This document shows, piece after piece, positions 19,712-29,052 of a stretch of DNA of 64,000 nt. The stretch lies in assembly GCA_964397295.1 (NCBI GenBank), contig CAYNJG010000004.1, positions 8,302-72,301 on the forward strand, read 5' to 3'. Source of the stretch: an uncultured Pirellulaceae bacterium (GTDB lineage Bacteria > Planctomycetota > Planctomycetia > Pirellulales > Pirellulaceae). The notes under the pieces are model-generated. The model was not told where the DNA came from. It saw only the letters and a program-made list of their open reading frames with translations, and did no database searches. The position numbers were made by a program, and so were the translations under genes. Positions within the stretch are counted from its first letter, which is position 1, and each line of letters opens with the position of its first letter.

Positions 19712-20212
19712 TTATGGCGAAGCTTCTAGTTCATCATCAGAGGTTGCCGTGAAGGCAAGCGATACTTTTTCGCCGTCGCTGGACTCTACGATGATTTCAA
19801 ATTCGTTGTCCGAAATCTGGTTGAACTTGCAGACGTCCAGGTTCGGTTCAAACTGGCCGTGCACCCAATTGTTGATTCTCGACTTCCACAGATTCGACCT
19901 TTGAGAGACGGGGTGAAAGGTACGGAATTCGTTGTTCTCATCAGGGGTCCATTCTATGTACTCAAAGTCTGAATTCCTGGCGCTACCATCTCTAATTCGA
20001 GTGGTACCGTCCGGCCGGAAATGGATGATGGAAGATCCACTGTCGCGTTGCCACGTTCCATGTATGGGGGCAGTCGCGTTGGGCGTCGCGTAGCTTCGCG
20101 TGGCAACGTAAAACAATGTAGTAAGACCGACTAATAGTAAGACGAACACGGAACCGACAAGGATTGAAAGCAACTTGCGTTGTGTAATACGTTTTGGCGG
20201 TTTTTGTTTCAT
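19712..20212 (-). CDS. Small N-terminally anchored hypothetical protein (paralog A)
   Basis: 166 aa starting MKQKPPKRITQRKLL, then a TM helix. It aligns along its whole length with the product of 21952-22443. Confidence 0.6.
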   Translation of the reverse strand: MKQKPPKRITQRKLLSILVGSVFVLLLVGLTTLFYVATRSYATPNATAPIHGTWQRDSGSSIIHFRPDGTTRIRDGSARNSDFEYIEWTPDENNEFRTFHPVSQRSNLWKSRINNWVHGQFEPNLDVCKFNQISDNEFEIIVESSDGEKVSLAFTATSDDELEASP

Positions 20213-20242
20213 GAGACTTTGGCAAAGGAGTTTAGCTCCATC

Positions 20243-20386
20243 CGCTACGGAGGCAACAGAAGCGTATTTCGGCCTGAATGGTTTCTATCCGTTCGTGCGC
20301 GGAGCTGAAAGAATACGATCCGAAGATGTTTGATTTGTTAGAAATGTATGGGGCAAAATCGCTAGGCATCGCTATGTACTCGTGAC
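20243..20386 (+). pseudogene. 3'-terminal relic of a paralog of the 18982-19692 metallopeptidase gene (frameshifted)
   Basis: Hand translation gives ATEATEAYFGLNGFYPFVR, then after a 1-nt shift LKEYDPKMFDLLEMYGAK. The intact gene ends EATEAYFGVNDFYPFVRAELKEHDPQMFGLLEKIWGKIR. Confidence 0.7.
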
Positions 20387-20411
20387 TAAGTGCACACAAG
20401 AAAGATAACGC

Positions 20412-21938
20412 ATGACTAGGATGAAAAATCTGGCGGAATTGTTTTCCAGGCTGCCCGGACAGGTGCTGAGGAAGAATCCGTTCGGCGGTGATTGTCTCCC
20501 AACGCGAGTGCCGTTGTTGTTTCAATCGGGACGGAGCACGTTTCCGTTTCCACATTTTTGGAACTACCGCCGTCCTATCGAGATTCTTGATACCTACTTC
20601 TTGCACGCAGATGAGCAAGAAGGTTCTGCAAGACACAATCGATACCTTAGTGTACTTGGGTTTCCACCAGTGCTGGTGACGCGAGACCCAGCGATCATTC
20701 GCGATATTCTTACTTCAACAGGCGAACGCGAAGACCAGTTCGATCGCGATACGCTTCCGTCCAGTGGCATTGCTCGGGCAACTGGCGACGACACTTTATT
20801 GTTCGGAAATGGAGCGATGTGGAAACGCCAGCGGAAAGTTTCTGCATCACCCTTCGGTAAAACGTCGCTCTTTCAGGTTGATGTGTGTCTTGAATTCGAA
20901 GAGACGTTTAGGCGCGCTGCGCGAGAACGCATGAGTGCGCTGCGCCAGCATCTGAACGAAACTGGAACAAAAACGGTAACGCTGGCGCTTGAGTCTGAAA
21001 TAAAGGTAGTGATGCTGCAAATGTTGACCGAGTGTTTTTTCGGGACACGGATCGACCCGCAAGAATTGCGAGAAGTTTATGTGCCAACGATCGAACGGGT
21101 GATTGACCACATCATGCGTGATACGGTGGTCAATCGCATTGGAATCCCACGAGCGGTTCTCTCGCGTTTGATTCCAAGCTACGCGAAGGCTGCAAAAGAT
21201 ATCGAACGCTTCGAAGAGCTTGTGTATCGCGTATTGGAAGCAAGGAACAGCGACCGAGGTCTGTGGAAAAAATTCAAGTCGGACGCACCTGATTCGGCGC
21301 TAGCCAGCAACATTCGCGTTTTTCTCGCTGGTGCTCTCGAAGCCACAACGTCATTCGCAACGTGGGCGATTTCGCATCTTGCCCGCAACCAAGATTGGCA
21401 GCAAAAGGTTTTTGATGAATTGACGTTCGTTGACGATTTCACTCCCGATCAGTTGAACTCGGCAACGCATCTCAATGCGGTCCTCGAAGAAACGCTACGT
21501 CTAACGCCATCGTTGTATTTCTTGCCTCGCAAAGCTACAGCGGAAACCACCGTGCAGACATCAGATGGACGCAAGATGGTGATTCCTCGTTCCACGCACA
21601 TTTTGCTTGATGTGTGGCATGCGAACCGTCATCCAGACCATTGGGGTGAAGCGACTACTGGCTACCCGGCCGACCAGTTTCATCCGGATCGCTGGTTGGA
21701 GTTGGCCGAACGAAAAGGAGTATCGAAGGACTTTCTCCATTTCGGATTTGGACATGGCTCACGTGTTTGTCCGGGTAAGCACCTGGGCCAGTTGGAGGTG
21801 GCGCTGGTTGTCGGCGCTCTCGTGAAACTATTTCAGTTCGAGGCAGTCAACGCAGAGAACAAGGTAAAGGCGGGTGTTTCGACGAAGCCTGACGACGGCG
21901 CGTTGTTGACGCTGAAATTGCGTGATGATCAGCGGTGA
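20412..21938 (+). CDS. Cytochrome P450
   Basis: 508 aa with a heme-binding loop FGFGHGSRVCPGKHLG, an I-helix LAGALEATTS and an ExxR (EETLRL). Confidence 0.9.
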   Translation: MTRMKNLAELFSRLPGQVLRKNPFGGDCLPTRVPLLFQSGRSTFPFPHFWNYRRPIEILDTYFLHADEQEGSARHNRYLSVLGFPPVLVTRDPAIIRDILTSTGEREDQFDRDTLPSSGIARATGDDTLLFGNGAMWKRQRKVSASPFGKTSLFQVDVCLEFEETFRRAARERMSALRQHLNETGTKTVTLALESEIKVVMLQMLTECFFGTRIDPQELREVYVPTIERVIDHIMRDTVVNRIGIPRAVLSRLIPSYAKAAKDIERFEELVYRVLEARNSDRGLWKKFKSDAPDSALASNIRVFLAGALEATTSFATWAISHLARNQDWQQKVFDELTFVDDFTPDQLNSATHLNAVLEETLRLTPSLYFLPRKATAETTVQTSDGRKMVIPRSTHILLDVWHANRHPDHWGEATTGYPADQFHPDRWLELAERKGVSKDFLHFGFGHGSRVCPGKHLGQLEVALVVGALVKLFQFEAVNAENKVKAGVSTKPDDGALLTLKLRDDQR

Positions 21939-21951
21939 CTACCGTTTGTCG

Positions 21952-22443
21952 TTAGGGCGAAGCTTCCAGTTCTGCGTCGGAGGCCGCCTTGTAGACGATC
22001 GCAGTTTCTTCGCCGTCGCTTTTCTTTGTCACTAACCTGAATTCGGTTTCTGAAATCATTTCAATCTCGGTTGGTTTCATATACGGCTCCGATTGTCCGT
22101 GTATCCAGTTGTTGATTTTCAAAATCCACAAGCGCGACACGGTGTAGGTGTGATTGGACATGCAAAGCTCATTGTTTTCGTCGAGCGTCCATTCCATGTA
22201 CTCAACGTGTGGACTACCACCTCGATAGCGAGCTGTGCCATCCGATCGGAATTGAATGACTGCGGTGCCAGTTTCCTTCTGCCACGTTCCAAGTATGGGG
22301 GCGTTTGCATTGGGTGTGGCGGTGCTTTGCGTGGCTACGTAAGCCAAGGTCGCAAAGCCGACCAATAGCAAGACGAAGATGACGCCCGCTAGAATCCCAA
22401 GTAACTTGCGCTGTGAAATTCGTTTTGGCGGTTTCTGTTTCAT
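21952..22443 (-). CDS. Small N-terminally anchored hypothetical protein (paralog B)
   Basis: Starts MKQKPPKRISQRKLL at 22443; the ORF-track extension to 22557 is probably spurious. The start abuts the stop (22440) of the upstream membrane-protein gene. Confidence 0.6.
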   Translation of the reverse strand: MKQKPPKRISQRKLLGILAGVIFVLLLVGFATLAYVATQSTATPNANAPILGTWQKETGTAVIQFRSDGTARYRGGSPHVEYMEWTLDENNELCMSNHTYTVSRLWILKINNWIHGQSEPYMKPTEIEMISETEFRLVTKKSDGEETAIVYKAASDAELEASP

Positions 22444-23297
22444 TCGGACTTTGATGTTTGACTTGTAGGCCACATGACAGCAAACGCAGCAGCGAACACG
22501 AAGCCGTACGTGATAGGACCGTAAGGCGGCGCGTGTGTTCGCGTCACACCCCAGCATGCTCCGGCAAGCATCAACAGTGGAAACAATCCATGACCAGCTT
22601 TGTGCAAGCGAAACATAGTCAGCAAGAAGCCCACGATCGCCCCCACAACGGCGACGCGAGCAATGATCGTGACCATTGGCGAATGGTAATACGATTGAAT
22701 GATGATATCGGCGGCTTCTTCGTATGAGGCTGTCGCGCCGGGAATCGTCATGTCTTCGACGGTGTTCTTGACCATGACTCCCGTACCGATTCCCGCAATG
22801 CTATCGAATCCTGCGTAGCCAATTCCAAAGACAGCCAGTGCGATGGCGAGTAACTTTCTTTCAGCACCAACGCTGAGGCCGATCCCCACGGCCACGCCAA
22901 CTCCGGCTGCGACCGCTACTGTCACGGCGACACTCACATCGAAAACTAATGCTGCCGCGACGCCAACAGCCACGGCTAAGGACACGCCGAAACGCTCGGC
23001 CGCGCTTCCTTGGCCGTCGTGCGCTGCGGTCAGCTGGTACACGGACCAAGCGGTAAGCGGAAAGAGAACGAGTTGCAGATAGTGAACAACCAACCATCGA
23101 TCGATTTGCGGAGCAAGGGTCTGGTAGACCGCGTCGGCGTGTCCGCGAGTGTGGAAGGATTCGACGAAGGCCAGCAAACCCGGAGGTGCGACGATAAGAA
23201 TCTTTTCTAGTGTCGAGCGAGGTTGTGTTTGCGTCATTCGTGGTCTCGATTCGAAATTGTCCGTTTGCACAGTGATTTGTTTCGAGGGTCTCGTCAA
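22440..23297 (-). CDS. Polytopic membrane protein, hypothetical
   Basis: 285 aa with many hydrophobic helices and an Ala/Val/Gly-rich segment. Alternative start at 23237 (MTQTQ). Tightly coupled to paralog B. Confidence 0.55.
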   Translation of the reverse strand: MTRPSKQITVQTDNFESRPRMTQTQPRSTLEKILIVAPPGLLAFVESFHTRGHADAVYQTLAPQIDRWLVVHYLQLVLFPLTAWSVYQLTAAHDGQGSAAERFGVSLAVAVGVAAALVFDVSVAVTVAVAAGVGVAVGIGLSVGAERKLLAIALAVFGIGYAGFDSIAGIGTGVMVKNTVEDMTIPGATASYEEAADIIIQSYYHSPMVTIIARVAVVGAIVGFLLTMFRLHKAGHGLFPLLMLAGACWGVTRTHAPPYGPITYGFVFAAAFAVMWPTSQTSKSE

Positions 23298-23468
23298 CTT
23301 TAGAAACTTGCGGCGTGACTCGGTTTCAAAGCTGAAACAATACGGCTACGCGTTGTGCGTGTTTGAGCAAATCTTCCGCCATAAGTTCCTTTCTAGCAAG
23401 CGTTTGCAGTATGGATTCATTGACCGGTGATTTTGCCCTGTTTATGATGAATAGGCAGTATCTTCTCT

Positions 23469-25052
23469 GTGCGCAGCACCCCTGCGCCGTTCCTCGGTTC
23501 CTACGTCGAAAGCATAGCCGTGCTCGGATTAATTGTCCTCGGATTAGCTTTTCTATTCTTCTTGGTCGTCGCTTTTTTTGCGGCAAAGACATGGCACGTC
23601 GGTCACGTGGTGGCGATGACGTTCTTGTTTTTGTTCACGTTGACGACTCTATATTTGACAGCGACGTTGTTTCGTACCAACAAGGAATTCCATCCCAAGT
23701 ACACGGCAGCTACTGAGAAGTTAGTGTCCGCAGAAAAGAGGTCCGTGGAACTCGAGTACGGTGCGGGAACCGAGCGAGAGCTTCCAAAAGGTACGATCTC
23801 CGGCGAGCGTGCGTTGTCGAAGATTGAGTCGATGGCACGTGGACGTGTTTGGCGAAATGTGTTCGCACTGCCAGTCGGCCGCGACGGTGTGACGCCACTG
23901 AATATGCGCCGTTGGAACAATGATGGCTGCTTGCGTGTCGGAAACGAAGATGAGTTCTCGGACGAACCCATCGAGCCGGTCGCCGAGGAAGAACCCGTTG
24001 AAGGCGAAGAAGTGGCTGAAGCGCCACCCGCTAGTACTCACGGACTGATCAAAGGCAAGTTCATTTATGCGTTCAAAGAGATGCCGATCGCTAAGTTGAC
24101 CGCTGAGCAGAAGACGCATTACTTTGGCATGCTTGCTGATGGCGAGTTTGCAAACCAAGATACGAAAGGTATGTGTCGAGTGCCGATTGCTTATCTTGGA
24201 AAGTTTCTTGTCGTCGATGCTGATCCAAATGTGGTTCAGGTGCGGCTACAAGGTCAGCCCGATGATGGCCAGATTGCTCAGTTGCGACAGCAAGGACCAT
24301 GGGTTCTGTACGAACGCTTGCCGATGGACGTTGAAAAACTGTTTGGACCGGACGCGGACGCGACAAAGATTTCGCAACTGGTGCCGTTGAATCAACTTGG
24401 TGCGTTCGGCGTTCAAGTACCACAGGCTGCCTACAACAATATGATCTCGGAATACGCGAATGATGGAAAGTCGCCCCCTGGTCGTGTTGATCCGATTCGC
24501 ACGCGAGTTGAAGTCAAGTTCTTACGAGCGTATTCGCAGGTCGTCGACTTGCAGGTCGAGGGGGATTTGCCCGATGCCGATCAGCCTTTCAACATAGAAG
24601 GTCATGCTCAAGTGAAGAGCTTGATTCAAGGAAAGCCAACGGAATTCGTAGAAGGAAGCACAGCAGTCTTTGACGGCGTGACGGCACAGTCGCTCATCAG
24701 CAAAGGTATCGCCGAACAAGTTGGTGAACCAGTGTATGCTCGCCCACTGCGAATGTTCGAGTACAGTATCGACGACTATCAAAAACGTTTTGACGGGGTG
24801 AAGGTACAGATCGATGATGTGAACAAGAGCGTTGCCGCGCTAGCTGACTCGCTAAAACGATTGCAGTTGCAGATCGACAAACACGCCGAAGAATTGCAGC
24901 AATTGCGAAAGGATCAAGAAGGCTTCGAAGCGGAAAAAGTCGAGCTTGAAAAGTACCGTAAAGAGCTGGAAATGCGTTACCAAATGCTTCAAGGCGAAGT
25001 GAACGCGCTAACGGGTGGTGGCTATTTCGTAGCCCCTGGTGTGGCTGGCTAG
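23469..25052 (+). CDS. Hypothetical membrane-anchored protein with C-terminal coiled coil
   Basis: 527 aa with a GTG start and two N-terminal TM helices. The C-terminus (LKRLQLQIDKHAEELQQLRKDQEGFEAEKVELEKYRKELEMRYQMLQGE) is coiled-coil-like. Confidence 0.55.
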   Translation: MRSTPAPFLGSYVESIAVLGLIVLGLAFLFFLVVAFFAAKTWHVGHVVAMTFLFLFTLTTLYLTATLFRTNKEFHPKYTAATEKLVSAEKRSVELEYGAGTERELPKGTISGERALSKIESMARGRVWRNVFALPVGRDGVTPLNMRRWNNDGCLRVGNEDEFSDEPIEPVAEEEPVEGEEVAEAPPASTHGLIKGKFIYAFKEMPIAKLTAEQKTHYFGMLADGEFANQDTKGMCRVPIAYLGKFLVVDADPNVVQVRLQGQPDDGQIAQLRQQGPWVLYERLPMDVEKLFGPDADATKISQLVPLNQLGAFGVQVPQAAYNNMISEYANDGKSPPGRVDPIRTRVEVKFLRAYSQVVDLQVEGDLPDADQPFNIEGHAQVKSLIQGKPTEFVEGSTAVFDGVTAQSLISKGIAEQVGEPVYARPLRMFEYSIDDYQKRFDGVKVQIDDVNKSVAALADSLKRLQLQIDKHAEELQQLRKDQEGFEAEKVELEKYRKELEMRYQMLQGEVNALTGGGYFVAPGVAG

Positions 25053-25424
25053 ATAACTTTTTGCCTGGACACGGAATGTTGAAGCAATGAGCAAAAAAGG
25101 CGTACTTGGCGTTGTTGGGCTGTTAATCGCATTTCTCGCGTGTGGTGCTTGGCTAATCGCCCCAATGGCGCAATGAACTGGTCGGCGAATTGATTCGTAT
25201 TCCAATTAGTGGTGGCGAGTTTTCAGTAGCGGTGCCATCGGTGCATGCTTTGATGGCGGGTGAAACGCAACGAATTCGATAGACATCGATGTTGCGAATC
25301 AAACGTGTACTCCTATAATCCCCGCACTTTGCAAAGCCTATAGTCTTGTTTTTGCGTACCGTGTGCTTGGCTGTCAGAGCAACACAGGCGTTTCGCAAAA
25401 GACAAATAAAACGAAGCGAACAGC

Positions 25425-26636
25425 ATGGAAGCGTTCTTCACTACGTCCGCGCGAGCGATTATCTTCGCGCTCCTTTGCAGCGTCATCGGTATCGCCCAGG
25501 AATACCCGGGTTCGGCCAACGCTCAAAATCCGCTGCAGCAAGTATCGGCTCGGCCAGCGAATACTCCGTTCGCTCTGCCACCGGGCGCAAGCGGTCCGTA
25601 CGATGTGAACTCGTTGAGCACCGGGAGACACGTAACTGTGTCTCGTCCCGGCGAAGAACTTCAGGCTGCAAAGATCATCGCCCGCGTCGGAGACGAAGTT
25701 ATCCTAGCGGGTGACTTATTGGGACAAGTCAATCAGTTCCTGCACAATCGTATCGAGCAGATTCCCGAAGCACAACGCTCACAGCTAACCGACGAGATGC
25801 TAGAAGAGCAGCGTTGGAAGTTGATGGAGCAACTCTTGCCGCAAATGATTCTCGGTAAGTTGATGTATCTGGATTTTCTACGAACGATCCCCGAAGAGAA
25901 TCTGCCCGACATCCAAGATAGTCTGTACAAAGCATTCGACGAGCAACAACTTCCGACACTCGTCGAACGCGCCAATGTTCAAACGGCGGCGGATCTTGAC
26001 GCGATGCTACGCTCGTTTGGCAGTTCACTCAATCAACAACGTCTCTCGTTCGCCGAACAATTGGCTGCCGCGCAGTGGAAGCAGCAAAATGCGAAAGATG
26101 ATCGTGAAATATCACACGACGATTTGATTACCTACTATCGCGAGAACATCGAATCGTATCGCATCGAGGCGAAAACACGTTGGGAGCAACTCAGTGCGAG
26201 AAACGATGAAACCGGTTCAAAAGAAGCGTCCTACCGGACAGTCGCGTTGATGGGGAACGAAGTGTTTCGCGGTGCTTCCTTCGCCGCCGTGGCGAAACGA
26301 AGCTCACACGGCCCAACAGCCAGCGACGGTGGACAATATGGGTGGACTACGAGAAATAGTCTTCGCTCAAGTGTTCTCGATGAGGCGATTTTCACGCTTC
26401 CGGTCGGTCGCCTCAGCGCAATTCTAACGGACGACGATGGCTGCCATATTGTGCGTGTCATCGAACGGCAAGACGAGTCGTTCGTTCCTTTCCAGGAGTC
26501 CCAAGAAGGCATCCGTACAAAGATCGAGGAAGTCCGTTCAGAACTTGCCTTGAAAAAATATGCCGAGCAGCTGAAAAGCGAGTTTCCCGTTTGGACGATA
26601 TTCGATGATCAGACTAACGTTGCTCGCCGTCCTTAA
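25425..26636 (+). CDS. Periplasmic peptidyl-prolyl isomerase, SurA/PpiD-like with parvulin domain
   Basis: 403 aa with a signal peptide, a chaperone-like helical region and a parvulin-like segment (GGQYGWTTRNSL..VLDEAIFTLPVGRLS..DDGCHIVRVIER). Confidence 0.7.
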   Translation: MEAFFTTSARAIIFALLCSVIGIAQEYPGSANAQNPLQQVSARPANTPFALPPGASGPYDVNSLSTGRHVTVSRPGEELQAAKIIARVGDEVILAGDLLGQVNQFLHNRIEQIPEAQRSQLTDEMLEEQRWKLMEQLLPQMILGKLMYLDFLRTIPEENLPDIQDSLYKAFDEQQLPTLVERANVQTAADLDAMLRSFGSSLNQQRLSFAEQLAAAQWKQQNAKDDREISHDDLITYYRENIESYRIEAKTRWEQLSARNDETGSKEASYRTVALMGNEVFRGASFAAVAKRSSHGPTASDGGQYGWTTRNSLRSSVLDEAIFTLPVGRLSAILTDDDGCHIVRVIERQDESFVPFQESQEGIRTKIEEVRSELALKKYAEQLKSEFPVWTIFDDQTNVARRP

Positions 26637-26804
26637 CTTGCAAGCATGCTTTGCGTCATTTTCGTTGGTCAATTGTCACTGGTTCGGTAGGTCGCTACAC
26701 TGCTGTGAGTGGCTAGTGCGTCACTGTTGGAGCAACTCCCTAACGGCTGCAACGATTCTTCATCGACCAAAATATCGCATCGTTTAGAGTGGTTAAAAAG
26801 ACAT

Positions 26805-28106
26805 ATGGCAGACGCGAAATCCACTGAGACGGCAAAGCTGACGATCAAGGGGCAGGATATTGAGCTCCCAGTAGTCGTCGGTACGGAAAACGAAACTGCG
26901 GTCCAAATTGGTCGACTGCGAAAGGACACGGGCTTCATCACGCTGGATGAAGGCTACGTCAACACGGGCTCAACCACGAGCGATATTACGTTTCTAAACG
27001 GCGAGGAAGGCGTGCTTCGATACCGCGGTTACGCGATCGAAGACCTCGCCTCGAAATGTGATTTCCTGGAAGTCAGCTACCTACTGATTCATGGCGAATT
27101 ACCGAACGCCTCACAGCTAAACGATTTTCGCATGTCGATTCGGCGACACACCATGTTGCACGAGGACATGAAGCAGTTCTACGACGGCTTTCCACGAGAC
27201 GCACATCCGATGGCGATTCTGAGTTCCGTTGTTAGTGCCCTATCTACGTTCTATCAAGACTCCCTGGACCCGCGCGATCCCGACCAGGTGGAAGTCTCCA
27301 TCCATCGTCTGATTGCAAAGCTTCCAACAATCGCGGCCTATAGCTTCAAGAAGGCTTTCGGTCAGCCGTTCAACTACCCGAACAATGAGCTAACCTACAC
27401 TGAGAACTTTTTGCAGATGATGTTTTCGGTGCCCAGCGAGCCTTACGAAGTCGATGCGGACTTCAGCAAAGCACTCAACATGCTTCTTATTGTGCACGCA
27501 GATCACGAGCAGAACTGCAGCACGTCAACAGTTCGGATGGTCGGCTCGGCAAACGCGAACCTATTCGCATCTATCTCGGCCGGCATCTGCGCGTTGTGGG
27601 GGCCGCTGCACGGTGGAGCCAACGAAGCCGTTGTGGATATGCTCGAAAAGATCATTGCGGATGATTGCAACGTTGAAAAATACGTAAAGATGGCGAAAGA
27701 CAAAGATGACGGCTTTCGACTGATGGGATTTGGTCATCGCGTCTACAAGAACTATGATCCTCGCGCGAAAATCATCAAGTCCATGTGCGACACGCTGCTG
27801 AAGAAGCTTGATATCAAAGATCCGCTATTCGACGTGGCGCTGAAGCTTGAGCAGGTAGCTCTGAACGACGAGTACTTTGTTGCTCGCAAACTGTTCCCCA
27901 ATGTCGATTTCTATTCTGGTGTAATCTACCGAGCAATTGGCATTCCTGTGCAAATGTTTACCGTGCTATTCGCAATGGGCCGACTGCCTGGTTGGATCGC
28001 TCACTGGCAAGAGATGCACAATTCCTCCAGCAAACGGATCTGCCGCCCGCGACAAGTTTACACCGGGCCAAGCGTACGCGAATTCAAAGCCATTGCGGAT
28101 CGCTGA
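26805..28106 (+). CDS. gltA: Citrate synthase
   Basis: Starts MADAKSTETAKLTIKGQDIELPVV at 26805; the ORF track starts at 26709. Signature GFGHRVYKNYDPRA, HADHEQNCSTSTVR and the overall length all fit. Confidence 0.95.
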   Translation: MADAKSTETAKLTIKGQDIELPVVVGTENETAVQIGRLRKDTGFITLDEGYVNTGSTTSDITFLNGEEGVLRYRGYAIEDLASKCDFLEVSYLLIHGELPNASQLNDFRMSIRRHTMLHEDMKQFYDGFPRDAHPMAILSSVVSALSTFYQDSLDPRDPDQVEVSIHRLIAKLPTIAAYSFKKAFGQPFNYPNNELTYTENFLQMMFSVPSEPYEVDADFSKALNMLLIVHADHEQNCSTSTVRMVGSANANLFASISAGICALWGPLHGGANEAVVDMLEKIIADDCNVEKYVKMAKDKDDGFRLMGFGHRVYKNYDPRAKIIKSMCDTLLKKLDIKDPLFDVALKLEQVALNDEYFVARKLFPNVDFYSGVIYRAIGIPVQMFTVLFAMGRLPGWIAHWQEMHNSSSKRICRPRQVYTGPSVREFKAIADR

Positions 28107-28128
28107 ACCAAGTGGAGCGCGGCCACGA

Positions 28129-28689
28129 ATGAGCCAAGTTGAACTACTCGCGTTCTTGGCCGATATCCTCCGACAGTTGGAGGTTGAGTGGATGCTAGTT
28201 GGTTCACACGCTTCAAGCTATTTCGGGGAAGCTCGGTCAACTCACGACATTGACGTTGTTGTTGACTTGCCAGAGCAGAAAGTCTCGAAGTTGATGGACA
28301 TCGTGCCGGAGGATCGGTACTACTTGAGTGAAGTCGCGATTCGTGAGGGGCGGATGGCGAATTTGATCGATACGAAAACGGGCGACAAGGTTGACATGTT
28401 TTTTGTGGGCGAAAACGTCCGCTCCGAACAGCAGCTCTCTCGCCGAGTACAGGCCGAAATCCTCGGTGTGTCTGTTTTTGTTGCATCTATTGAAGACACT
28501 ATCGTGTCCAAGTTAGATTGGTATCAACAGACGGGCGGTTCGGAACGCCAGGTGAGTGACATACGCGGGATCATTCGAAATCAACGAACGCGGATCGACC
28601 TCGAGCAATTGGTTCGCCGGGTGGATCATGCGGGCTTGCGACAAACGTGGGATTTGCAAATCGCACCATGGCTGGAGGCAGAGCTTTGA
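28129..28689 (+). CDS. Small nucleotidyltransferase-fold protein (minimal NTase-like)
   Basis: 186 aa from the ATG at 28129, 20 nt after the gltA stop. LVGSHASSYFGEARSTHDIDVVVD resembles the G-S ... D-x-D motif of minimal nucleotidyltransferases. Confidence 0.5.
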   Translation: MSQVELLAFLADILRQLEVEWMLVGSHASSYFGEARSTHDIDVVVDLPEQKVSKLMDIVPEDRYYLSEVAIREGRMANLIDTKTGDKVDMFFVGENVRSEQQLSRRVQAEILGVSVFVASIEDTIVSKLDWYQQTGGSERQVSDIRGIIRNQRTRIDLEQLVRRVDHAGLRQTWDLQIAPWLEAEL

Positions 28690-28985
28690 TTCCGGAAGAT
28701 CGCGAAATCACGATCGCGAAAGAATCCGCTGCAGGACGCGAAGCACTGGAAGTTCTGAGGCGAGTTCGTGGTCGTATGACGAACGAACAACGATTGGAAA
28801 AAGCGTTTGAATTGACCGAAACAACGCGTCAATTCATGCGTGCAGGACTGAGGGCGGCGAATCCTGAGTTGAACGAGCAACAGCTTCAAAAGTTGTACGT
28901 CGACCGCATTCTCAGCTATCACGGTTTGTCGCTTGCTAAGATCCAAGCAATGCGCGAAGCAGACGCCGCTAATTCAATGGAATAA
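28668..28985 (+). CDS. Small helical protein, possible antitoxin-like partner
   Basis: ~105 aa. The start at 28668 overlaps the end of the NTase-like gene by 22 nt. All-helical appearance (RLEKAFELTETTRQFMRAGLRAANPELNEQQLQKLYVDRIL). Confidence 0.4.
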   Translation: MAGGRALIPEDREITIAKESAAGREALEVLRRVRGRMTNEQRLEKAFELTETTRQFMRAGLRAANPELNEQQLQKLYVDRILSYHGLSLAKIQAMREADAANSME

Positions 28986-29052
28986 TCTCGGGAACCAATT
29001 TCCAGGCAACGCGTCTAAGTTGAATCATTTCCCTGGCCACTAGGAGTGCATC

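Noticed and set aside
20232-20636. 134-aa minus-strand ORF
   Set aside because: It overlaps the peptidase relic and the P450 5' end on the opposite strand. The sequence is implausible and it conflicts with a high-confidence P450 call.
22444-22557. N-terminal 38-codon extension of paralog B in the ORF track (MLGCDANTRA..)
   Set aside because: Paralog A and the alignment both start at MKQKPPKRI. The extension overlaps the 3' end of the upstream membrane-protein gene.
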